NCBI GenBank assembly: GCA_037130135.1
Contig: JBAXTO010000003.1
Span: forward strand, 36,090-100,089
Reading direction: 5' to 3'
DNA length: 64,000 nt
Origin: Bacteroidota bacterium
Lineage (GTDB): Bacteria; Bacteroidota; Bacteroidia; Chitinophagales; CAMDFR01
Positions 18,436 to 27,146 of this stretch are shown one piece after another. The translations under genes and the position numbers were made by a program. The notes beneath the pieces were generated by a model, which searched no databases, was not told the origin of the DNA, and was given only the letters and a program-made list of their open reading frames with translations. Each line of letters begins with the position of its first letter. Position 1 is the first letter of the stretch.

Positions 18436-19677
18436 ATGGCATCAGTTTTAAGACTCCCAAGAATGAGTGATACAATGGAAGAAGGTGTAATTGCTTCTAT
18501 GAAAATAAAAGTAGGCGACACTCTTAAGCCAGGCATGGTAATAGCTGAGGTAGAAACAGATAAGGCAACCATGGAATGGGAAAGCTTTGTAAGTGGAACC
18601 GTTTTGCATATTACTGCTAAAGATGGCGATACGATTCCAGTAGAAGGGATGGTGGCAATTTTAGGTAAACCGGGAGAAGATTTTCAAGCATTATTATCTG
18701 GCGATACAGCTAAACCAGCTGCAGCTGCAACAACTAGCAAAGTAGAAAATACTTCAAGCAATACGAATCCTCCTCAAGTAATGGTGGCTCCATCTATGCC
18801 AGTAGCAACAGCTCCTACCAGTGATGGAAGAGTAAAAGCTAGTCCATTAGCTAAAACCATTGCGAAAGAAAATGGTATTGATATATCATCTATTGCTGGT
18901 TCTGGTGAAGAAGGTCGAATTATAAAAAAAGATATTGAAGCAGCACTCTCTAATAAATCTGCATCTATTTCTAGCGCTCCTAGTATTGCAGGACAAGAAA
19001 GCTTTACTGAAGTGGCGGTTTCACAAATGCGTAAAACGATTGCTAAACGTTTAGCAGAAAGTAAATTTGGAGCACCACATTTCTATTTAACGATGGAAAT
19101 CTGTATGGATGAAGCTATGCATGCGCGTGAATCGATGAATCAGACATCACCAGCAAAATTATCTTTTAATGATTTAGTGATTAAAGCAACTGCGATGAGT
19201 CTTAGACAAAATCCGGTGATTAATTCTTCTTGGTTAGGTGATAAAATCAGATATAATAATCATATCCATATCGGAATGGCAGTAGCTGTAGAAGAAGGAT
19301 TATTAGTCCCTGTCATAAAATTTGCAGATCAGTTAAGCTTAAGTCAGATTGCAGCTTCTGCTAAAGACTTTGCAGAAAAAGCAAAAGGTAAAAAATTACA
19401 ACCAAACGATATGCAAGGAAATACCTTTACGATTTCTAACTTAGGGATGATGGGTATCGAAGAATTTACAGCGATTATCAATCCACCTGATGCTTGTATT
19501 TTAGCAGTAGGAGGAATTAAAAAAGTATTAGCACTAAAAGACGGTGATATCATCGAATCAAACATGATGAAAGTAACTTTATCTTGTGATCATAGAGTAG
19601 TAGATGGTATGAAAGGAGCGCAGTTTTTACAAACCTTAAAATCGCTTTTAGAAAATCCAGTACGAATGTTAATCTAA
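18436..19677 (+). CDS. 2-oxoacid dehydrogenase complex E2 component (dihydrolipoyllysine-residue acyltransferase)
   Basis: Lipoyl domain with ETDKATME, an Ala/Pro linker, a peripheral subunit-binding domain (ASPLAKTIAKENGIDISSIAGSG) and a catalytic domain with SCDHRVVDG. Confidence 0.88.
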   Translation: MASVLRLPRMSDTMEEGVIASMKIKVGDTLKPGMVIAEVETDKATMEWESFVSGTVLHITAKDGDTIPVEGMVAILGKPGEDFQALLSGDTAKPAAAATTSKVENTSSNTNPPQVMVAPSMPVATAPTSDGRVKASPLAKTIAKENGIDISSIAGSGEEGRIIKKDIEAALSNKSASISSAPSIAGQESFTEVAVSQMRKTIAKRLAESKFGAPHFYLTMEICMDEAMHARESMNQTSPAKLSFNDLVIKATAMSLRQNPVINSSWLGDKIRYNNHIHIGMAVAVEEGLLVPVIKFADQLSLSQIAASAKDFAEKAKGKKLQPNDMQGNTFTISNLGMMGIEEFTAIINPPDACILAVGGIKKVLALKDGDIIESNMMKVTLSCDHRVVDGMKGAQFLQTLKSLLENPVRMLI

Positions 19678-19703
19678 TTTATTGATTATTTAGATATAAA
19701 AAA

Positions 19704-19730
19704 GTCACGCTGTTGCGTGACTTTTTTTTT
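19704..19730. terminator. Bidirectional intrinsic terminator between convergent genes
   Basis: Stem GTCACGC-TGTT-GCGTGAC. T9 follows on the + strand and the A-run upstream gives a U-tail on the - strand. It overlaps the stop codon of the SDR gene. Confidence 0.8.
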
Positions 19731-20493
19731 AGTTTTTTCGATGCACATATACACTTCGCTGTGCGGTGGGATAAACGATTATATTTTGAATATTGACATG
19801 TGCAGGTCTACTGGCTACAAATACCGCTATATCTGCAATATCCGATGCTTTTAAGGGCTCATAACCTTCATATACTTTCTTTGCATTTTCTTCATCGCCT
19901 TTAAAACGAACAATACTAAATTCTGTTTCAACCGCTCCAGGGTCAATACTACATACTTTAATATCTGTATCTACCAAATCTAAATTCATCGCCTCATTCA
20001 AGGCTTTTACGGCATATTTCGCTGCATGATAGACATTGCCTCCCGGATAAATGATATGACCAGCAGTACTTCCAATATTTAATACAACACCCGTATTTCT
20101 TTCAATCATCATGGGTAAAATACAACGAGATACATACAGCAATCCTTTTACATTGGTATCAATCATGCGTTCCCAATCTTCTATAATCCCTTCTTGAATT
20201 TTATTTCTACTTACCGCTAATCCTGCATTATTAATAAGGATATAAGGCACTATGGAAATACTTTCTAATTTAGTAGCGAAATCTTGTACTGCCTCAAAAT
20301 CTCTTACATCAAAGGCATAATAAAGCACTATAATATTATACGCATTTTCCAATTCATCTTTCAAAGCTATCAATCGTTCTTCTCTTCGCGCAGTGATGAT
20401 AAGGTTATAACCTTCTTTAGCAAATGCTATGGCACAAGCTTTTCCAATACCTGATGAAGCTCCAGTAACTAAAACATATTTATTTGTCGACAT
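19729..20493 (-). CDS. Short-chain dehydrogenase/reductase (YdfG-like NADP-dependent 3-hydroxy acid dehydrogenase family)
   Basis: VLVTGASSGIGKA cofactor motif, NNAG, catalytic YHAAKYAV (YxxxK). Confidence 0.85.
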   Translation of the reverse strand: MSTNKYVLVTGASSGIGKACAIAFAKEGYNLIITARREERLIALKDELENAYNIIVLYYAFDVRDFEAVQDFATKLESISIVPYILINNAGLAVSRNKIQEGIIEDWERMIDTNVKGLLYVSRCILPMMIERNTGVVLNIGSTAGHIIYPGGNVYHAAKYAVKALNEAMNLDLVDTDIKVCSIDPGAVETEFSIVRFKGDEENAKKVYEGYEPLKASDIADIAVFVASRPAHVNIQNIIVYPTAQRSVYVHRKN

Positions 20494-20595
20494 ATAAAAA
20501 GTTTAAGCAAAAATAGATTCATTCCATGAATATTACTCAATTTATTTGCAATCTAATTATTTAAATATTATTTTTATGTAGCTAAATACTATTAT

Positions 20596-22044
20596 ATGAA
20601 AAAAATTATACTCAGCTTATTCATAATATATTCTTTATTTATGACTGTTCAAAGTCAGACTTATTTACAATCTACTACTTTTATTCGTAGTTATAATAAA
20701 ACTCAACTAGATTCCATCTTAGATTTTAATGGTTTACCTAGTGCATTTTTAGGAACTACTTTTAAAATTGATTTATATAAAATGAATTATTGGAGTAAAG
20801 ATGCTTATGATACGCTAGTAAATGCATCTGGCTTATTGATTGTACCACAAGATACTTGCGACTTGCCAATGTTTGCCTATTCACATGGAACAATAAGTAG
20901 AAAAAATGATGCTCCTTCACGTGTCAATGGTGCCGAGCCGTTTATCGGTATGGTGATGGGTTCGAATGGTTACTTGACAATCATGCCCGATTATTTAGGC
21001 TTGGGTGATGGTGCGGGATTGCACCCATATCAACATGCACGTACCGAAGCTTATGCAAATATCTATATGTTAAAAGCATTGAAAGAATATTGTACAGCCA
21101 ATAATATTCATTTAAATAATCAATTATTTTTATCGGGTTATTCGCAAGGTGGACATGCTTCTATGTGCACACATCGTATGATTGAACAAGAATATTCAAG
21201 TGAATTTACCGTTACTGCCTCTGCCCCAATGAGTGGAGCTTATGATATGGATGGTACTATGGTAGATGTGATGTTGAGCGATTCTATTTATGCGGCTCCT
21301 GCCTATTTACCTTATTTAGTTTTGTCATGGAATCCTATTTATCATCTATATGCCAATATCAGTGATGCATTCAAAGTGCCTTATGATACTTCTTTACCCC
21401 CTTTATTTGATGGGACTAGATCTTTAGGTTATATAGAAGCACGTATGCCGAATGTACCTAAATTAATTTTTGATAGTACGGAATTATATCGTTTTACAAC
21501 TGATTTAGCGCACCCATTTCGTTTAGCTTTAAAAGACAATAATAGTTATACGCATTGGACACCAGCTGCCCCTTTACGCATGTTTTATTGTACTGCCGAC
21601 AGACAAGTGAAATACTTAAATGCCATTGTTGCCAGCGATAGTTTAAAAGCGAATGGATGTAGTACTTGTGATGCTGTTTTGGTAAATGCCGTACTCGATC
21701 ATCAGGAATGTGCTCAATTTGCAGTCATCATGGCAAAGAATTTTATGGATAGCTTACGCTATGATGGTTGTAGAAGTAATGGCATCAGTTCACATAAAAC
21801 CGTTAAGACAACGATCACCGTATTTCCAAATCCAACAGCTCAAGATATCAAAGTTGATTTTATGGAGAATAGAAGCTATGAGGTGATTATAACTGATTTA
21901 AGTGGCAAAATTATTTACGCTAATAAATCGTATGAAAATAATCAAGCTATTGCTATAAAAGACTTTGCTAATGGAATGTATACTGTTCAAGTTCGAATGA
22001 ATGCAGTATTAGTAGATAGTAAATTATTTATTGTACAAAAATAA
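20596..22044 (+). CDS. Secreted lipase-like alpha/beta hydrolase with a T9SS C-terminal sorting domain
   Basis: Signal peptide. Nucleophile elbow GYSQGGHAS; candidate Asp (CTADRQV) and His (LDHQEC). CTD ITVFPNPTAQDIKVDF...GMYTVQV...LFIVQK. Paralog of 48042..49328. Confidence 0.7.
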   Translation: MKKIILSLFIIYSLFMTVQSQTYLQSTTFIRSYNKTQLDSILDFNGLPSAFLGTTFKIDLYKMNYWSKDAYDTLVNASGLLIVPQDTCDLPMFAYSHGTISRKNDAPSRVNGAEPFIGMVMGSNGYLTIMPDYLGLGDGAGLHPYQHARTEAYANIYMLKALKEYCTANNIHLNNQLFLSGYSQGGHASMCTHRMIEQEYSSEFTVTASAPMSGAYDMDGTMVDVMLSDSIYAAPAYLPYLVLSWNPIYHLYANISDAFKVPYDTSLPPLFDGTRSLGYIEARMPNVPKLIFDSTELYRFTTDLAHPFRLALKDNNSYTHWTPAAPLRMFYCTADRQVKYLNAIVASDSLKANGCSTCDAVLVNAVLDHQECAQFAVIMAKNFMDSLRYDGCRSNGISSHKTVKTTITVFPNPTAQDIKVDFMENRSYEVIITDLSGKIIYANKSYENNQAIAIKDFANGMYTVQVRMNAVLVDSKLFIVQK

Positions 22045-22054
22045 TTGATTCAAT

Positions 22055-22675
22055 TTACTCCATACGTTTGTCGTATGCAGCACCCATTGTTTTTTCGTTG
22101 GTTGATTTACCAAACAATTCTTTTACTATATATTGAAAGATTGCATGTAATGCCATCATATGTAAATCTTCGGTGATTTGCATATCATTTACGGGTGTGT
22201 AAATACATACATCAGCCATATCTTTAATTTTACCTCCTTTGAAACCACTCAATGCAATTGTTTGCAAGCCGCTGTCTTTAGCGTATTGCATGGCTTTTAC
22301 GATATTCGCTGAATTTCCACTTCCACTGATACCTATGAATAATTCTCCTGCTTGAGCAAAATTTTTCAATGGCTCAATAAATATTTCTTCATACGATAAA
22401 TCGTTAGATATCGCTAAAATCGAAGTGATGTTATCATTTAAGCAAATAAATTTAAATCGTTTATCTAATCCATAGGATGCTCCTTTGATATAATCGCCGG
22501 TGATATGGGAAGCACTAGCACCACTTCCTCCATTACCACAGATATAAATATTAGCTCCTTTATGGTAGGCATCTAATATTAAACGAGCTGCTTTTTCTAA
22601 AGCAACTACATCTAACATTTTTATGATCTCTATTTCTTTCTCAATATAATTTGCAAAGTGCGACATGGTATTCAA
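22055..22675 (-). CDS. gmhA: SIS-domain sugar-phosphate isomerase, GmhA-like (D-sedoheptulose-7-phosphate isomerase family)
   Basis: CGNGGSGASASH, GISGSGNSANIV and SGFKGGK motifs line up with GmhA motifs CGNGGS, GISTSGNSANV and TGxDGGK. Confidence 0.6.
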   Translation of the reverse strand: MNTMSHFANYIEKEIEIIKMLDVVALEKAARLILDAYHKGANIYICGNGGSGASASHITGDYIKGASYGLDKRFKFICLNDNITSILAISNDLSYEEIFIEPLKNFAQAGELFIGISGSGNSANIVKAMQYAKDSGLQTIALSGFKGGKIKDMADVCIYTPVNDMQITEDLHMMALHAIFQYIVKELFGKSTNEKTMGAAYDKRME

Positions 22676-22795
22676 TTTTATTATTATAACAAAGATACTA
22701 AAGCGAGATGATAATTTTTTATTCCAACATGTATTTAGCTTTTTTTATAAATCGCTTCTACCTAATACAACATAAATGTAAGCAGATAAGTTTCT

Positions 22796-23977
22796 TTACA
22801 AAGCTGATTCTTGTTTCGTATTTACTTGAAACATCTGTTGAATCAGTAATAAACAAGATATTAATATGATACAGGCAATCACATAAGGCATATGCAAATC
22901 AAATGCATAAAGCATACTTCCTAGTAATGGTCCTGCAAAACGTGCTAAAGCACCAATTGATTGATGCACCCCCATCAAGGAGCCTTGTTCGTTTGGTATC
23001 GCGGTTAAAGACAAAGTGCTCAATACACTTGGACCAATAGCTCCATTGGCGATGGTCATTACACCAAGCGCTATGAGTTGAAAAGGGATGAATAAATTTT
23101 TACTCATAAATGGAATAGATAAAATACTTAGTCCCATCAGAATAGAACCAAAAAAGATTAATTTTTTTTCAGTGAATATTTTTTTAAATGTAGCGATTAA
23201 TCCCCCTTGAACAATAGCTGAACATAGGCCGATAAACATAAATAAATAGCCCCGTTGTTTTTCATTATAGCCATATTTATCTTCCCATAAAAGAGTAGCT
23301 GTAATTTGAAACATAGAGAAGGCAGTTACATATAAAAAGTTATAGATAAAAATAGAGGCGCGTTGTTTCACCGCAAAGTGATTTTTAAATTCTTTCCAAG
23401 GAATGATTTGTATTTTTTTAATTTTCTTTTCTACCAAGGATTCATCTAATAAAAAATAGGCGAGTATAAAATTTAATACACACAACATTGCAGTTATATA
23501 ACCTATCCATTCAAAACCTAAATCGGCTGCGATAAATCCACCAATCGGTGGACCTAATATAAACCCCATACCAAAAGCAGCACCAATCAATCCCATGGTT
23601 TTAGTTCTTTTTTCTGGAGCGGTTACATCACTGATATAAGCTTGTGCTACTCCAATATTACCAGAGCCTAATCCAGCGATAACCCTCGAAATAAACAATA
23701 TTAGTAATGTGGTAGAGAAAGCAAATAATATATATGCTACTATACTAAATAAAATAGTACCTAATAATAAAGGTCTACGGCCATAGCGATCACTTAAAGC
23801 CCCCCAAGTAGGTGTAGAAATAAAGGCACATAAGGCATACACGCCACTGATGATGCCAGTCCACATAGCGCTACCACCAAGCTCTTTGGCATAATTAGGC
23901 AAGATGGGTATAACAATACCAAAACCTAATAAATCAATAAAAATAGTGAGCAATAGGATAGCAATTTTTCTATCCAT
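22796..23977 (-). CDS. MFS transporter (TetA/TCR-like drug:H+ antiporter family)
   Basis: 12-TM profile. MFS motif A: GALSDRYGRRPLLL. Confidence 0.75.
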   Translation of the reverse strand: MDRKIAILLLTIFIDLLGFGIVIPILPNYAKELGGSAMWTGIISGVYALCAFISTPTWGALSDRYGRRPLLLGTILFSIVAYILFAFSTTLLILFISRVIAGLGSGNIGVAQAYISDVTAPEKRTKTMGLIGAAFGMGFILGPPIGGFIAADLGFEWIGYITAMLCVLNFILAYFLLDESLVEKKIKKIQIIPWKEFKNHFAVKQRASIFIYNFLYVTAFSMFQITATLLWEDKYGYNEKQRGYLFMFIGLCSAIVQGGLIATFKKIFTEKKLIFFGSILMGLSILSIPFMSKNLFIPFQLIALGVMTIANGAIGPSVLSTLSLTAIPNEQGSLMGVHQSIGALARFAGPLLGSMLYAFDLHMPYVIACIILISCLLLIQQMFQVNTKQESAL

Positions 23978-23979
23978 GA

Positions 23980-24636
23980 TTATACAGTCATTTCAGTCAC
24001 GTGATCAGACACTATAAGTTTCCCAGCTGTTTTAGATTTAACTTCGTCAATACTCACACCAGGTGCTGTTTCTAACAAATGGAATGCACCCTCTTTGATT
24101 TCAAAATAGCCTAGATCGGTGATTACTTTTTTGATACAATTTTTACCGGTAAGAGGTAATGAACAAGCTGGTAATAATTTACTTTCTCCTTCTTTATTGG
24201 TATGCATCATAGCTACGATGATATTATCTGTACCAGCAACTAAATCCATGGCACCTCCCATACCTTTGACCATTTTTCCTGGAATTTTCCAGTTGGCAAT
24301 ATCTCCATTTTCACTTACTTCCATAGCCCCTAAAACAGTTAAGTCAACATGGCGACCTCTTATCATAGCAAAGCTAGTAGCGCTATCAAAAATAGAGGAA
24401 CCAGGCAAGGTCGTAATGGTTTGTTTACCTGCATTAATATAATCAGCATCTTCTTCCCCTTCGAAAGGGAAAGGTCCCATACCTAATAATCCATTCTCAG
24501 ATTGTAAAACTACACTCATGCCTTCGGGAATATAGTTGGCTACTAAAGTGGGAATTCCAATTCCTAAATTTACATAATATCCATTTTTCAATTCACGAGC
24601 AATTCGTTTGGCAATTTGAAATTTATCTAAACCCAT
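23980..24636 (-). CDS. scoB: 3-oxoacid CoA-transferase subunit B
   Basis: N-terminus IAKRIARELKNGYYVNLGIGIPTL and the SENG active-site glutamate motif (VLQSENGLLGMGP). No subunit A gene is adjacent. Confidence 0.85.
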   Translation of the reverse strand: MGLDKFQIAKRIARELKNGYYVNLGIGIPTLVANYIPEGMSVVLQSENGLLGMGPFPFEGEEDADYINAGKQTITTLPGSSIFDSATSFAMIRGRHVDLTVLGAMEVSENGDIANWKIPGKMVKGMGGAMDLVAGTDNIIVAMMHTNKEGESKLLPACSLPLTGKNCIKKVITDLGYFEIKEGAFHLLETAPGVSIDEVKSKTAGKLIVSDHVTEMTV

Positions 24637-24672
24637 AAAATTATTTTTTTCAAAAATAGGTAGAAATTGTGA

Positions 24673-25560
24673 TTACATGTAACCAAATTTTTTCAATACT
24701 TTTTCATTATTTCTCCAATTGTCCATCACTTTTACAAACAAATCGAGAAATACTTTAGTACCTATAAACTCTTCAATATCTTTTCTAGCTTCTGTACCTA
24801 ATTTATTGATAGAAGAGCCTCCTTTACCAATGATAATATTTTTTTGTGAGTCGCGCTCTACATATATCAAGGCTCTAATTTTAGTAATATGTGGTTCTTC
24901 TTTATATTCTTCTACAACCACTTCGCAAGAATAAGGAATTTCTTTTTCGTATTGTTCTAATATTTTTTCGCGAATAATCTCCGTTACAAAAAATCGTTGA
25001 TTACGATCACTTACATCATCTTTATCAAAATAAGGTGGATGTTCAGGAATATACGATTTGATGAGTTCAAATAAATCAGCTGTGTTTTTTTGTTGAAGTG
25101 CCGATACATTTACAAACTTAGCTGTCGGAAAAATTTGATTGTATTTTACAATCAATTCAAGCACTTCTTGTTCTTTGCATTCATCCATTTTATTAATCAC
25201 CACAATTATAGGTACTTTAGTCTGTTGCAACTTTTCAATGAGTGGTTTTTGATCCTCGTCTTTAGCATATTTGTGAGTAACAAACAAAAACAAATCTGCA
25301 TCTTCAAAAGTAGAAGCCACAAAATCATTCATGTGTTTCTGCAGCTTATATGCTGCTTTATTAATAAAGCCGGGGGTATCTGAAAATACGATTTGGTAGT
25401 CATCATCATTATAGATACCATATAATCGATGTCGAGTCGTTTGAGCTTTGGAGGTGATGATAGAGAGCTTCTCTCCTATGAGCGCATTCATAAGTGTTGA
25501 TTTGCCTACGTTAGGCAGACCAATAATATTAACAAAACCTGATTTGTGCATAGTAAACAA
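24673..25560 (-). CDS. era: GTPase Era
   Basis: G1 GLPNVGKST, G3 DTPG, G4 NKMD and a C-terminal KH domain (IIGKGGSSINKLG). Confidence 0.9.
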   Translation of the reverse strand: MFTMHKSGFVNIIGLPNVGKSTLMNALIGEKLSIITSKAQTTRHRLYGIYNDDDYQIVFSDTPGFINKAAYKLQKHMNDFVASTFEDADLFLFVTHKYAKDEDQKPLIEKLQQTKVPIIVVINKMDECKEQEVLELIVKYNQIFPTAKFVNVSALQQKNTADLFELIKSYIPEHPPYFDKDDVSDRNQRFFVTEIIREKILEQYEKEIPYSCEVVVEEYKEEPHITKIRALIYVERDSQKNIIIGKGGSSINKLGTEARKDIEEFIGTKVFLDLFVKVMDNWRNNEKVLKKFGYM

Positions 25561-25580
25561 AGTTAATGTATTCCCTAAAA

Positions 25581-25605
25581 TAAAAAAAGACCGCTAAAGC
25601 GATCT
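25581..25605 (-). terminator. Intrinsic terminator following tRNA-fMet
   Basis: Minus-strand hairpin AGAUCGC-UUUA-GCGGUCU (one U-G pair) followed by U6. It lies between the tRNA and the era start. Confidence 0.6.
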
Positions 25606-25613
25606 TTTTTTAG

Positions 25614-25686
<73 letters not shown>

Positions 25687-25731
25687 ATATATTGTATAAA
25701 TGAATTGTATTTCTATTCCCTAATCGGTTTG

Positions 25732-25739
25732 CAAAGGTA
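25732..25739 (-). promoter_or_regulatory. -7 promoter box (TACCTTTG) for tRNA-fMet
   Basis: Matches TAnnTTTG on the minus strand, about 45 nt upstream of the mature tRNA 5' end. Confidence 0.45.
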
Positions 25740-25872
25740 TAACTATATTTAAAGAATAACAAATATATTATGCACATAATTGTTAAAAACCTTTAGAATT
25801 CTATAATTCAAGGAATAGATAGTATAATTCATAGTACCTTTATCTTCGATTTGAAGCAATTAGTTTCCCAGC

Positions 25873-27135
25873 ATGACAAAATATATTTTCAGTAATATTT
25901 TTACACGAGTACTTTGCAATGTTCTAAATTTTATTTTAGCCTTGATTATTACTCGTTATTATGGGGCTGTTGGCAAAGGTGAAATGACTTATATAGTTAC
26001 ACTTATAACCTTTGTAGGTTTCTTTAGCAATATATTTAGCAGCAATAGCTTGATTTACAGTTATTCGAAACATCAATTCAAAACTATCTATACCACAGCA
26101 TTGGTATGGATTTTAATGGTCAGTTGTATTGAATTTGTATTATTAAAAATGTTTATTCCGGGGAATAATGAATATATCTTTCATATCTGCGCCCTTACAA
26201 TTTTGCAATCTATTTTCACTCTTCTATCATCTGTACTATTAGCCAATAAAGAAATCAAGAAAAATAATATTCTATCTATTTTATTCATTGCTATGAATGT
26301 ACTCATTATTAGTTTTTTTATTTTCGGAATACAATTAATGAGTTTAGGTTCCATTATTAAGATGCTCTATATTGCCTATATTATAAGCATTTTTGTTGGT
26401 TTATTCTACTCTATAAAGTATATTCAATCAAATCGATTAGCACTCGATATAGAGGAAGTTAAAATCATTTTATCGTATGGTTACAAATTTCAAATTTTTG
26501 ATTTTTTACAATTTTTAATGCTACGATTTAGTTTTTTACTGCTCTTTCAATATGAAGGAAAAGTGTCTCTAGGAGTATTCTCTATTGGCCTATCGCTTAT
26601 TGAAAGTATTTGGATTGTTTCACGAAGTATCGCCACTTTAAATTATATCAAAATAGCCAATTCCTCTGAACCTAAATCATATAGTCGATTTACTTTAAAA
26701 TTAGTACGTATTTCATCAGTTATCAGCTTGCTATTAGTTGGTCTAGTCTTCCTGATCCCTACAGATGTTTATGTTTTTATTTTTGGCAAGTATTGTCAGG
26801 TGCTTAAACATTATATCCGCTGGTTAATACCGGGTGCAATCATTTTCCCTGTATTTATTATACTAAGTTCATATTATTCGGGCAAAGGACGTATGGATTA
26901 TAATATTATTGCTTGTGGTTTAGGGAGTTTCATCTCGATTGTCTTAGGATTTTTACTTATTCGTAAATATGAAATGACAGGTACTGCCTTTACGATGAGT
27001 ATTTCGTTTATAGTTTGTTCATTATTTCTATTCTATAAGTTTTATAAATCGAATAATTTTACACTTTCAGATTTATTACTCAACCGAAATGATTTTTCTG
27101 AATTCAATAGTTTTATAAAAAAATATTTATATTAA
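25873..27135 (+). CDS. Polysaccharide/oligosaccharide flippase (MOP/Wzx-like) membrane protein
   Basis: 420 aa with about 12-14 TM helices and a very hydrophobic, Ile/Phe-rich composition typical of Wzx-type flippases. No catalytic motif seen. Confidence 0.5.
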   Translation: MTKYIFSNIFTRVLCNVLNFILALIITRYYGAVGKGEMTYIVTLITFVGFFSNIFSSNSLIYSYSKHQFKTIYTTALVWILMVSCIEFVLLKMFIPGNNEYIFHICALTILQSIFTLLSSVLLANKEIKKNNILSILFIAMNVLIISFFIFGIQLMSLGSIIKMLYIAYIISIFVGLFYSIKYIQSNRLALDIEEVKIILSYGYKFQIFDFLQFLMLRFSFLLLFQYEGKVSLGVFSIGLSLIESIWIVSRSIATLNYIKIANSSEPKSYSRFTLKLVRISSVISLLLVGLVFLIPTDVYVFIFGKYCQVLKHYIRWLIPGAIIFPVFIILSSYYSGKGRMDYNIIACGLGSFISIVLGFLLIRKYEMTGTAFTMSISFIVCSLFLFYKFYKSNNFTLSDLLLNRNDFSEFNSFIKKYLY

Positions 27136-27146
27136 AAAATTACACT

